Shown one piece after another: positions 13,642 through 26,464 of a DNA stretch of 64,000 bases. Under the pieces are notes generated by a model, which was not told the DNA's origin, made no database searches, and saw only the letters and a list, made by a program, of their open reading frames with translations. Origin of the DNA: Octopus vulgaris (lineage: Eukaryota); NCBI GenBank assembly GCA_951406725.2, contig OX597817.1, positions 6,014,001 through 6,078,000 of the forward strand, in the 5' to 3' direction. The stretch's first letter is position 1; the number at the start of each line of letters is the position of its first letter. The position numbers were made by a program, and so were the translations under genes.

Positions 13642-15079
13642 AACAAAAGACGAACATAGGTGTATAAACAGCAAACAGGTGTATTAGTTTAACGCTCGGG
13701 GAGGTGAGAAAGTCTTTTAGGTTTCGAGCCTACAATCTGCAACAGAAAGGAACATAAACAGAGGGAGAATAAAAAAAAAAGCTTTAGTGTTTAGCGATCG
13801 ATCAAGCAATATCATCGATACTGCATATTACAAATTCATTGAGGTAAATTGGACATTGACCTTATATTGTCTTTCCTTACTGCATGCATATGCTAATTAC
13901 GGTTTTTGACGAGTGCAGTATTATGTATGTAACACTAACTATACTAAAGGTTTTCGTTTTTGCTTTTGTTTGTTTGGATATCGCGATTCAGAACTCCATT
14001 GATATGATTTTTAACAAAATTGTTAATATTTAGTTAATATATCATCACCACTTTACAAGAATGATGAAACGTCTTCTTACTTGATGAGGTCTAATAAGGC
14101 CAAAACATCCAGGAGTCTCTCACCTAATTGCCGAAATTATTGAGATAATACGTTTATGTATTGCGATATTTCGGGATGGTAATTTTTTCTTGCCTTATAA
14201 ACACACGTACTATAAATTCTTTCTTCTCTTGTCTCCTCCTCTTCTATTTAGTGGACTAAGCACAACAGGAGGAGACACGTGAGATGGAGAATCGCTGAAG
14301 AGGTCACAGTATGTGTGACGAAATATTTCAAGACTATGGACAAAAAATGAACAGTAATAAACAAGTGAAGAACGGATAGACAGTACATGCGTTTATTTGG
14401 CAAAAAAAGAAAAAAAATGAACATTCCGAAATGTAACAACATTGAAATGATATTTATTGTTTTAGTAAATGTCATTCCCTTACTCTACCTCAATTCCTAA
14501 TTAGACTCTTAACGCATACTGCATTAAATATGTCAACACAACAAACTTAACAAGAATCAATAGAGTACATCTTGTGAATGGAAATACGCCAACGGTCTTT
14601 GTTTATATTAGTTTAGGCTAAAACGTGATCAGCACCTAGATTAACCTAATTTCGGTCGTATCCTTGAGCGTGTAATCTCATCACGCCGAAATCAACTTGT
14701 TAGAGTGCTTTCGTATTCATGTCTTTACGTTTTAGAAATACTTTGTCACGTTCACAATGCGGTGCAGCTTTCATAAATGTAGATTGCGGAGAATTAAATA
14801 TCACACTACACAGCATATGATATATTTTATTTTGTGTTTGTGAGTACATTCAATTTAACTGTCGAATTATTATTGCTTGAATTTTATGTTAATGAAAGCA
14901 CGTGTTTAGGAATCTGGGAAAAAACAAAAGCAATATCCATTCTCCTTAGAAGACATTGTGTAGCAAAATATGCGATTACTGTCATATAAAATCAAAACTA
15001 CAATAGAGCTGTTGCTGAGCTCTTGCTCTCATTAAGTTTGGCTTGAACTATAAACTACTTTTATGATAACATCGAATAG

Positions 15080-15360
15080 GTTCACTCTTCGGTCATGAAG
15101 GATGCACCTAGAAAGTTACCTTCTGAGGCACAAGCCCGGGCAAGGTTGTCTATGGAAGACTACCAGTCGACTATGGGAAAGCAAAGGCCGATACAACTTG
15201 GTATCAGTGACGTCGTACCTTATTTCTACAAGTGAGTAAAATGGAGTAACGCGAAATAAAGTCTTGCTCGAGAACACAACAAACAGCACCGTCTGGGAAT
15301 CGAAATCTCTACCTTATGACTGTGAGTCTATCACTCTAACTACAGGGCTATGCGCCATCA
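15080..15360 (-). mobile_element. Diverged tRNA-derived SINE
   Basis: Minus-strand head ggcgcatagccctgtagttagag...ttcgattcccagac. Body related to the head of 55215-55507. Confidence 0.65.
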
Positions 15361-15438
15361 CGCACACATACATACACAAACACAGATACACACATGTATA
15401 TATATACATATATATATATACATGTATTTCTATATTTA

Positions 15439-15528
<90 letters not shown>

Positions 15529-15792
15529 ACATTTTATAAATAAGTTCTTTTAAATAATTTTATTGTACTTTATAGTAGGTATCAAAATGCTTATATTATA
15601 TTATTATATTGGATTAAACTTTCTATGTGTATTCCAGACAATAAGGTTGTCCTGAAATAAGAGTTGCGGTTCCATTGGTAAAATACCGAATTTGTAATGC
15701 TATTATAGATGATACTGTTTACATTGCATTAGTAAAGTGTAAAATAGTAAATGTCCTGATAACCTGGAATAAGTATTATTCCCAAAGTTTTG

Positions 15793-15849
<57 letters not shown>

Positions 15850-15965
15850 GTGTCTCGGACAGTAAATGCATCTCCAAAGTAATGCTAAGATTTATAAGTA
15901 AACGGTTAACTGCACAAAAAAGGTTAATTGTAGCGAACACTTATATGCATATTGATAGTAACAGC

Positions 15966-16367
15966 ATAATTCTTTTCTACTGTAGACAGAAGGCCCGAAA
16001 TTTTGGGGGGTACCCCCAATCAATTAGATCGACCCCAGTACGGAACTGATACTTAATTTATCGACCCCGGAATGATGAAAAGCAAAGTCGACATCACCGG
16101 AATTTGAACGCAGAACGTAAAGACAGACGAACTACCTATTTCTTTACTACCCACAAAGGGCTAAACACAGAGAGGACAAACAAGGACAGACAAACGGATT
16201 AAGTCGATTATATCGACCCCAGTGCGTAACTGGTGCTTATTTGATCGACCCCGAAAGGATGAAAAGCAAAGTCGACCTCGGCGGAATTTGAACTCAGAAC
16301 GTAGCGGCAGACGAAATACCGCTAGGCATTTCGCCCGGCGCGCTAACATTTCTGTCGGCTCACCGCC
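15966..16367 (-). mobile_element. Dimeric or nested SINE pair of the ggcgagctggcagaa family
   Basis: Two tandem bodies (15966-16135 and 16137-16367) with one head. Flanking direct repeat atagtaacag at 15955-15964 and 16370-16379. Confidence 0.8.
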
Positions 16368-17523
16368 TTATAGTAACAGTGTAGTTACAAAAAATAAAAA
16401 AAAGATTATAAAGTTCGCAGTCATATAACACTGCTTGTAGAATTAACCACTATCCCCCTAAACGTATTTTAATGTTGACTACTTCCATTTCTACCCTTGC
16501 CTATTTTTAAGGTTCACGACACAGTTAAGAATAAAATACACTTACAGACACACATACAAACACACATACAGCCACAAATATATACATACGCACATGTAAA
16601 CGAATTCAGGAGTGTATTCTGTGAGTGAGTGTTTGTGCGGTGTTCTGTTGGATTAACTAAAAATAAAAAGATTAAGAAATGTCCTTCAAAATAATACGAA
16701 AAGCATAACAGAAAACAATAAAACAGTACAATGCAATAAGCTTTTTCATTACATAATCGGAATATGGAAGTTGAAGCCTAGGTCGATTGGCTTTTAGACG
16801 CAGTTGATGTCCAACTGGAAGTTTCAAAGATTGATACCGGAATGAATAAGAACTATTATAATAGGAATGACTGGAGCACCTATAAAGCATTTAAGGATTG
16901 TATGAAGATAGAAGAGATATATTGTGATCAAATGATTCTGCGTAAGTGGCACGCAGATTGTTAGTTCAAGAAAGCAGAGGTTAAATATGTTTTGAATGCG
17001 TTGCTGATGAAAAAAAAAATAGAAGAAAATTTAACCGGATAAAATAAAAATTGACCGGGTAAAATACATAGCAAATAACCGGATAAAATATTCCAGATAA
17101 AATATTCCAGATAGTTGATTTTATGCAATCTAGACGTTTTGTGTGCATAGCAGAAAATCTAATGAAGACGTATGAGCCGTGATCTATTGTAATGTGGCCA
17201 GAATGTTAGCTTCGTCGAGCGCCGGCGATGATTTAATTTTGTTGCGGAATCATTATGGATTTATACCCACGCTATTCATAACACGTGGTAGAGGATCATA
17301 AGAATACAAATAGCCAGTCTTCTTAGAATATATATATAATGTGAAACGAAATTAGTATTAGAATCTGAATAAAATCAAAATTGATATGGTGCAGGGTCTG
17401 ACCTATTGCTCTCATTAACATAGGGCTTAAACAGCAATAAATTCGCTATTTAGAACACAATGATATATGTATGTACATATAACTATCTATGTATATATTT
17501 AGATGTATATATGTGTGTACACC

Positions 17524-17567
<44 letters not shown>

Positions 17568-17669
17568 CGAGTGAGTGGAAAAACGAAAGAAGGGCACTCA
17601 ACAAATTTATTGAGAGTTACATGTAACCATCAAAACAGTTTGATTCGTTGGTAGTCTTGAATATCATGC

Positions 17670-17717
<48 letters not shown>

Positions 17718-17718
<1 letters not shown>

Positions 17719-17900
17719 GTTAATCCAAACAAGAAAACACAAAAACAAAACACAGCAACGCGAGGACGTGGAACAAATAAAGTATTATTGGACGCTCAGG
17801 AAAGAAGGGAAGAAGGAAGGTTTAACGTTTCGAGCGGAGCTCTTAGTCGGAAACATAGGAGAAGGAAAGATCCAGAAGGGAAGACAGAGGAAAAAAATCG
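17718..17900 (-). mobile_element. Second copy of the 11-215 PLE-like repeat
   Basis: Near-identical sequence (gcgaggacgtggaacaaat...cgagcggagctc...), abutting (TA)n. Confidence 0.6.
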
Positions 17901-18130
17901 TGTGACTTGTTTATCCCCCAGTTAGCTTGTTTAAACCCTCATAGCTAGCGCGGTTTGGCAACGAAAGCCAACGGAGTAAGTGCTAGGTTTCAGAAAATAA
18001 GTACCGGAGTCGATTTATTGGACTAAATCTCTAAAGGCTGAGGGTCAGTATGGCTGCGGTACAATGATTGAAAATGGTAGGAGATAAAAGCAAAAGATAT
18101 ATATGTATATAAATATATATATATATATAT

Positions 18131-18331
18131 AACGGGAAGCTTTATGAAAATAAACAAAAGACGAAGGCAGGTGGAAAACAAACGAACAATTGTATTAGTA
18201 TGGCGCTCAGGAAATATAAATAAAACAAGTCTTTAACGTTTCGAGCCTACGCTCTTCAACAGAAAGATACACAGAGAGAGAAAAACACAGAAAGAAGGAG
18301 AGAAAAAAAATGCGTGCAGTAGCTAACGAAT

Positions 18332-18335
<4 letters not shown>
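18131..18335 (-). mobile_element. Related PLE-like terminal repeat between (TA)n tracts
   Basis: Minus strand 18231-18266 reads cttt-CTGTTGA-a-gagc/gctc-GAAA-CG-UU-aaag. Confidence 0.55.
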
Positions 18336-18377
<42 letters not shown>

Positions 18378-19930
18378 TGTGTGTGTGTATGTATATACTC
18401 ATACATACTATTTTGTCCATTATATATAATTATATATATATATACTTACGTACTCATTCTTACATTTATATATATATATTTATATGTCATATCTTTATAT
18501 ATGTCATAGAGACACACACATAATAGTGTATACATCATACAGAGACACACGTATAAACGTATATATATTATACACAGGTACAGACATAAACTTGCATGCC
18601 TACGTTTCTATATACCTACATGTATCAATGCACACGTACCTACTATATATACTATAACGATCCATAATAAGTTTATGTATGAACTTCTCTGCTTTAAGAT
18701 CTGAAATGAATGATCGTCTCTACTCTGATGGCTGAGAATCGTCCCATCCAATGTTATTTGCCTCCATATGGCTGCGTACTGTGACGAAGTAAATCTACCA
18801 ACAACGCCGAGACCCTAGAAACAGCTGCTGGACTTATAACACCTTTCTTCACCCCCTTCAATTTTCTCTGCCGTTTGCACTCCGTGTAAGTTGGACCTAT
18901 TAATATAAATATCTATACATTTATACTTAAAAACTAATCATCTGAAAGTATCCACCTTTTGATTTCTCTTGTTTTACATGTATACACATATACATATTTT
19001 GTATTTCAGATACAAACTAATAAAATTGGTATATCTAATATATTTGATGTATCAAATTTGTTTATTCGCATAATTGCCTCTATACCCGCTCAACTTGATC
19101 CCTCTCATAGCCTTATAGCCTTTCTTTACTATGTGGAAGGAGCCCTGTAAAGACATTGGAGTCTAATCTTCAATCTTTTGAAAACTACTAGTTGCCTTCT
19201 ATAGAGAAAATATCTGGATCTCATCTGTGAACAACACACACGCACACGCACATACACACACATAGATATATATACGGTTAGTAGAGTTAGAGGTTGGTTG
19301 AAATAACCGTCTAAGGGATAAAAGTATCCGTTATACTACCGGTATAATTACATATGTTAACCCTGGACATTTATATGTATGCATATTATGCTCATAGGTT
19401 ACAAGTAATAACAAAGATAAACATGAGATTATCGGGATTCAAATTTAAAGCAAACAGAAAATAGGGAAATATTGATCAACGACAATTACTTCAAATGTTA
19501 TATAGCAATACCATATAAGATTGAAAGCAGAAACTACTGCTGCTACCACTAGTGGCAACGACAATCACAACTGGTTGAAGAGTCGCTGCATCTGCTAGTA
19601 TGAGACAGCAACTATCAGAAGAATATCAGTTACCAACAACATCTGAGTTTTGTTAGTAACTATATAAAATTCCAGAACTGATATAAAATATTAATTCAAT
19701 TAGGTATATTTCAATTTCATTTTGTCTTCCATTACCGTAAGACTAAATCGTGTTTCAAATGATTGAAACTAGCAGCATATTTTAATAAGAATGCAAGTAT
19801 TACCTGTCGTTGATTTATGATAAAGTTCTGCGAGTATTTCCTTCTTTTCAGGTTTATATATATATAAATATAAAGATATATATAGAAATATATTTATATA
19901 TATATATCTTTTTATATATATATATATATT

Positions 19931-20077
19931 TAAATTATTAGAGAGTTATCCACTATGTGGATAACTCTAGTGCTAAAAATAGCTCCGAAGCAACCACAGA
20001 AGAACAGTTTCCAACTAGAATCAGTTTCCAATTAGCACTAGAGTTATCCACATAGTGGATAACTCTCTAATAATTTA
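19931..20077. repeat. Perfect 46-bp inverted repeat whose arms are themselves palindromic
   Basis: 19931-19976 is the reverse complement of 20032-20077. Each arm contains agagttatccac-nnn-gtggataactct. Confidence 0.85.
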
Positions 20078-20188
20078 TGTATAAATTTGTATTTTCTCCG
20101 TAGTTTTTTGTGCTAAGCCACTTGGTGTTAAATTAATGGTATTATTAAATTAATACCGATTTTTCACCCTCATTTATAATTATATATA

Positions 20189-20273
<85 letters not shown>

Positions 20274-20334
20274 TATATATATATATATATATGATTTTTC
20301 CCTGTAAGTTTGGATTTATTCCTAATATTTATTA

Positions 20335-20384
<50 letters not shown>

Positions 20385-21359
20385 TACGTACATATACATA
20401 CACACACATGCACTCACTCACACACAGGCATGCACACTCATATACTTTTGCCGCAAGCACTAATATCAATAACAACACGAACACCAAAATCAATTGAGCA
20501 ATCCATTGAGTTATTGCTTCGTAGATACTTTCAAGAGGAAACTTTTACAGATACTGGGGGAAAAAATATATGGGAATTACTTCAACTTAACACCGGATAA
20601 CTTATTTAAACATGTTCAGTAAATGGTGACAGGGAAGAAAATGAAATAAACAGTATAAAATATATAAAAAAACGTAAAAGTTAACTGAATGTAAAATGCC
20701 TACAATAAAAGCAATTGTAACAGCGACGAAAACGTATGGCTATGACAAATGCAATAACTTTTACCGGCGTTACGATCAATTAACAATATAAAAGACAACA
20801 TTGAAAATAAACACAAAACTGAAAATATTCCCTTAATATGTATGACAGAATCTTACAGATTAATAAAAAAAAAAGAAGAAGAAATAAGCGAAGAAATGAA
20901 AAACGAATATATAAATAAATACAAATTTGTCGATATATACCGCACAGTAAAAGATCGCTAAGCATAAAGTGATTTAGAAATTTCGAAAGATATCGAGAGA
21001 GTAAGAAACACAGAACACTAACGATATGACTAAATTTGTGAAAGACATACTATATCGGGAAACGTTATCTGAGGCCAACTTCAACGAAATTGATACTGGC
21101 TTGGAATATTAAACACAAAGGAAAAATAACTTAGTAAACTACTCTCAACAGAAATTGCAATAACATATCATATTTCATATGGTAGCGTTTGTTTTAATGA
21201 ACCACCTTGGTTTGTAAAATAATTGTTGTTTGCTTTGCTCTCATACCACCATGTATCTGCCCCGCTCACTTAATATATGCCTTTCTATATGTTTCTTTGT
21301 GGGTATCATTGTATATACATACACATTTACTTAACTCTCTAATGTATCTCTCTCTCTCT

Positions 21360-21395
<36 letters not shown>

Positions 21396-22549
21396 CATAC
21401 ATTGGCATAGGATGATTGTGGTAAGCAATCACAGCTGTAGGATTTGAAGACAAGAGGATGATAACTTCGAATATGGAACGAAATGGTTATCCTACAGTAG
21501 AGAAGAAGTTATCTGAAATATCAGAATGAGCAAAGAAAGCAGACTTACGGTGGTGGTTCATGATATATATATATATATATATGTTAGACAGAAGGTAGAA
21601 TTTTCAGAACATTTATAATGAAATAGTCTTACAGCTGTTTATGGGGTATTATGGATATCCCTTCATCAGAGACGGTGTGAGAAAGTATTTGAGTTCGAAT
21701 TATTATGGAAAGGGAAGACATAGGGAATATAGAGGGAAATAAGAGAATGAAAGTAGAAATAATATATATAGAGATATTTTAGTTGCGGTTCCATCATTCG
21801 AGGGAAATGGTATATAGAAGCGGTAAAAAGGTTCCTGTACATGGTACGTAAGTTCCAATAGCAGTTCATGTTTAGTCCTTTCAAAGTATGGAGCCGTGGA
21901 CTCAGTGTTTCTCGATCGAAAGGCTTTTGTGGTGAGAATGAAAATTTGAGAATGTAATTTTGTGGATAGATGGGGGAGGAGAGATGTGTATTATTGGAAA
22001 GAAGAGATAGGTTAAATTTAAAACAGGAAGAGAAAATGAGAGGAAGAAAGAGAGAAATAACAAAAAAAAATGAAAAAAGGGAGAGGGGAAAAAACAAAAT
22101 ATGCAAAGAGAGAAAAAGGTGAAGAAAGGTTGAAAGAAGTGAGAGAAGGAGTGCTAATTGGTGGTCAAGATAATGTGATAGGAGGATGGGAGAGGTGTGG
22201 AGGAGGGATAAGAAGAGATGAGAAGGTAAGGAGTGAAAGAATGTGAGATATGTGAGTAGGGGTGATATGACAGAGCTGCATTAAGGGATGGATAGAGAAT
22301 CGGTAGAGAAAAGTAATGGGTTGTGTGATTAAGATTTGAAGTGAAGGGAAGAATACAAGGATGTCAAATTACTATAAATTGAAGTACGTGAGGTTAGTGA
22401 TAGGTAGGAATCAGAGAGAAGGAAAGAAGGCATAATGACATACGTAGGCATGCACTCACATACATATGTGCGAATATGTATATATGCATATACACAAACA
22501 CACACATACATACAGACATATAGATACACATGCATGTATACATGTATAT

Positions 22550-22927
22550 GTGGAGGCGCAATGGCCCAGTAGTTAGGGCAGCGGACTCGCGGTCATAGGA
22601 TCGCGGTTTCGATTCCCAGACCGGGCGTTGTGAGTGTTTATTGAGCGAAAACACCTAAAGCTCCACGAGGCTCCGGCAGGGGATGGTGGTGATCTCTGCT
22701 TTCACCACAACTTTCTCTCACTTTTTCTTCCTGTTTCTGTTGTACCTGTATTTCAAAGGGCCGGCCTTGTCACTCTCTGTGTCACGCTGAATATCCCCGA
22801 GAACTACGTTAAAGGTACACGTGTCTGTGGAGTGCTCAGCCACTTACACGTTAATTTCACGAGCAGGCTGTTCCGTTGATTCGGATCAACCGGAACCCTC
22901 GTCGTCGTAACCGACGGAGTGCTTCCA
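22550..22927 (+). mobile_element. Full-length tRNA-derived SINE with target-site duplication
   Basis: A and B boxes as in 928-1240 but with a different 3' half. TSD acatgtatat at 22540-22549 and 22927-22936. Confidence 0.9.
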
Positions 22928-23479
22928 CATGTATATATGTGTTTCAAAAACACAGACATTGTTAAGCAACAAAAAAGTTAGTGCTTAGGATTTCTTCACA
23001 ATTGTAGTGATATTAAGAGGTTACATAAGAGAAAATAAATTGAGAGGCAGCAAAAAAACATGGTAATCCACTACAGCTGTTTCAGGAATTCGATGACAAA
23101 TTGATGCAGTAATGTGTATTTTACGTACGTTGGTTCACATTTTTATTCTTAATATCCACATTATAAATATATAAATATGAAAGAAACCTGTTTAAGCTAT
23201 AATCAGGATGCTACCTGATACCTTTATCGTAAGGAAATGCATATGCTCTCTCTCACTCTCTTTCTCACCCCTTACACACATACATATACATATATTCATA
23301 ATTTAGCTATGAAGATTCATAAGGATCAATCGACATGTAATTTATTATGACTGCATGAATTAAATACTACTGAAACAGCTGTGGTAAATTTAAAAGCCAT
23401 TTCTGTTTAATTTATATATACAATATATATATATTTATTTATATATTTATATATATATGCATATATATCTTTATATATA

Positions 23480-23551
<72 letters not shown>

Positions 23552-23596
23552 CATGTTTGTATATATATTCATGTATGCTTCTATCTATCTATCCAC

Positions 23597-23646
<50 letters not shown>

Positions 23647-23647
23647 C

Positions 23648-23734
<87 letters not shown>

Positions 23735-24221
23735 TGCACAAAATATATACGTATATATATATACATGTGTGTGTGTGTGAACGAGAGAGAGAGAGAGAGA
23801 GAGAAAGCGAGTATTCTAAGTTTGAAAGTGCAAGGCTTAGTTGGTAGAGCGTCAAGGGGACAGATACTTATCCATGGGCGAATGCTCGTCTTCTGGGAAC
23901 AACAACAACGAATGGACTTGTGCAATCCGATAGTTATTCGCGACTAAAAGTAGTCTCTACTCATTCATATATACATATACATATGTGTTGTACGTGCGTG
24001 CGCACGCGCGTATGCGCATGTTTCTGTGTGTCTGTGAGTGTGCGCGCATGTATGTATAGAGAAGGTTATGGTTCAAGGTGTGTCCTACTAAATCTTTGAG
24101 GAGTCGCAGTTGCCTTTCGAGATAACAATTTCTAGTCGCTCAATGGATCGATATAATAGACTTACCCCTTTTCTGAAATTAGCGGCCTTATACCAAAATT
24201 TGAAGCCATTAATAATAATCC

Positions 24222-24410
24222 ATTGTACTATAGGCAGAAGGCCTGAAATTTGAGGGAGGAGATAATCGACTACATCGACGCTTGTGCTCCACTGGTACTT
24301 ATTTTATCGATCCTGAGGAGATGAAAGGCAAAGTCACTCTCGACGAGATTTGATCTAATGTCACAAAGCATTTTCCTCGGCATACAAACGGTTCTGCTAG
24401 TTTGCCGCCT
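24222..24410 (-). mobile_element. Diverged SINE of the ggcgagctggcagaa family
   Basis: Contains gatgaaaggcaaagtc, and ends in ttctgctagtttgccgcct, the reverse complement of the family head. Confidence 0.7.
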
Positions 24411-24840
24411 TGAATAATAATAATAATAATAATATTTATATTCGTAATATGTTCCCTCCAGTGTTATGGATCAAATATAACATAGAATTAAATTTTATTT
24501 GCTTGAATATATACATGTGTAAGCTCTCCATCTGTCTCTTTATATGTGTGTGTGTGTTTGCGTGTAAATGTGTGTATGTATGTATAAAATTGGAATATTA
24601 GTTGTGGAAGTATTCCATTGTGATTTAATTAATAAGATAATATAATATTACGAGCAACACTTAAATTTCGTTTTTTTTTTATTGTAAATATATTCTGTGA
24701 ATTTTGCAACAATGGAGACGACAGCGTACAAAAGTTTGTCTAATATATATGATTTCCATTCATAGATTCAAATTTTGTATAAAAGGATATGCATGAAGTT
24801 CTAAATACTGGTTGTATATCAATGAATTTATTTTTCACTA

Positions 24841-24924
<84 letters not shown>

Positions 24925-24992
24925 GTTATAGACAAGGAATTATCAATCCGGGTAAAATACTTCGTGAGCTCTCCGTTTGCACACCAGGCTAA

Positions 24993-25049
24993 CAATATTA
25001 TAATAATAGAAATAATAATAATAATAATAATGATAATAATATTAATAAA

Positions 25050-25083
<34 letters not shown>

Positions 25084-25110
25084 TTAATAATAATAATAAG
25101 AAGAAGAATG

Positions 25111-25150
<40 letters not shown>

Positions 25151-25166
25151 GAATAATAATAATAAT

Positions 25167-25198
<32 letters not shown>

Positions 25199-25223
25199 AC
25201 AACAACAACAATAACAATAAAAA
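24993..25223. repeat. Degenerate (AAT)n/(AAC)n tract at the left edge of the satellite
   Basis: Read directly from the sequence. Confidence 0.9.
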
Positions 25224-25610
25224 TAAACATTCTCCTCAAACATTTTCATCATACATTTTCATCAAACATTTTCACCAAACATTTTCATCAAACATTATCA
25301 TCAAACATTTTCATGAAACATTTTTCATCAAACATTTTCATCAAACATTTTCATCATACATTTTCATTATAGATTTTCATCAAACATTTTCATCAAACAT
25401 TTTCATCAAACATTTTCATCATAAATTTCTGTGTATATATATATATAAATTTTCACCGAAAATTTTACCCAAAAATTTTTCGAAAATTTTCATCGTAAAT
25501 TTTACCCAAAAATTTTTCGAAAATTTTACAAATATTTTTCGAAAATTTTTGCCCAAAATTTTGCCCAAAAATTTTTCGAAAATTTTACCCAAAACTTTTC
25601 ATCAACAATT

Positions 25611-25716
25611 TGTGTGTGTGCCCGCGCGCGTATATATGAGTGTATGTGTCCGATTATGTGAATCTTAAAGGCCAGCTAAGGAGAATCATGTGTAACCAAC
25701 CATGAAGAACAAATCA
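25611..25716 (+). repeat. Cassette 2, first of six copies (others 26943-27107, 30281-30386, 31543-31709, 34206-34314, 35380-35545)
   Basis: (TG)n-cccgcgcgc...gaatcttaaaggccagctaaggagaatcat(at)gtgtaaccaaccatgaagaacaaatca, occurring once per subunit in alternating A and B variants. Confidence 0.9.
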
Positions 25717-26336
25717 GAAAAATTTTACCCAAAAATTTTCCTAAAATTTTCACCAAAAATTTTACCCAAAATTTTCACCGAAAATTTTACCCAAATATTT
25801 TTTGAAACTTTTTGCCGAAAATTTTACCCAAAAATTTTTCGAAAATTTTCATCAAAAATTTTCCCCCAATATGTGATGGTCATCAAACATTTTCATCTAA
25901 CATTTTCATCACACATTTTAATCAAACATTTTCATCAAAAATTTAATCAAACATTTTCATCAAACATTTTTCATCAAACATTTATCATCAAACATTTTCA
26001 TCAAACATTATCATCGAACATTTTCATAAAACATTTATCTGCAAACATATATCATCAAACATTTATCATCAAACATTTATATGATATATGTTTATATATC
26101 ATCAAACATTTTTCATCAAATATTTTCCTCAAACATTTATTATCAAACATTTAGCATCAAACATTTTCATCAAACATTTTCATCAAACATTTATTATCAA
26201 ACATTTATCATCAAACATTTTCATCAAACATTTTCATCAAACATTTTCAAACATTTTCATCAAACATTTTCAAACATTTTCATCATAAATTTCTGTGTAT
26301 ATATAGCGTGAATTCTGGTTTACTACTACAGTCAAG

Positions 26337-26464
26337 ATGCCTCACCATCCACGATACACCAGATTCTGCTTTACACTTAACAACTATGACGATGTCGACG
26401 TTTATAGACGTTTGATGATAAATGTTTGCATATGCCGCATATTCGTTATATGGTTTTTCAAAAA
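26337..26464 (+). pseudogene. rep: CRESS-DNA-virus-like Rep N-terminal fragment, type B (frameshifted)
   Basis: MPHHPRYTRFCFTLNNYDDVDVYR, then an 18-nt inverted Sat1 insert, then HMPHIRYMVFQK in a shifted frame. Confidence 0.65.

Noticed and set aside
19931-20077. DnaA-box-like ttatccaca sequences
   Set aside because: Eukaryotic repeat context; a by-product of the palindrome.
1855-24992. ORFs rich in YIYI, LSIY, HTHT or poly-I/S/N
   Set aside because: They are translations of (TA)n, (TCTA)n, (CA)n and (AAT)n microsatellites.
26318-26332. ttactactacag in the Rep leader as a degenerate origin nonamer (minus strand TAGTAGTAA)
   Set aside because: Two mismatches to TAGTATTAC and no convincing enclosing hairpin.
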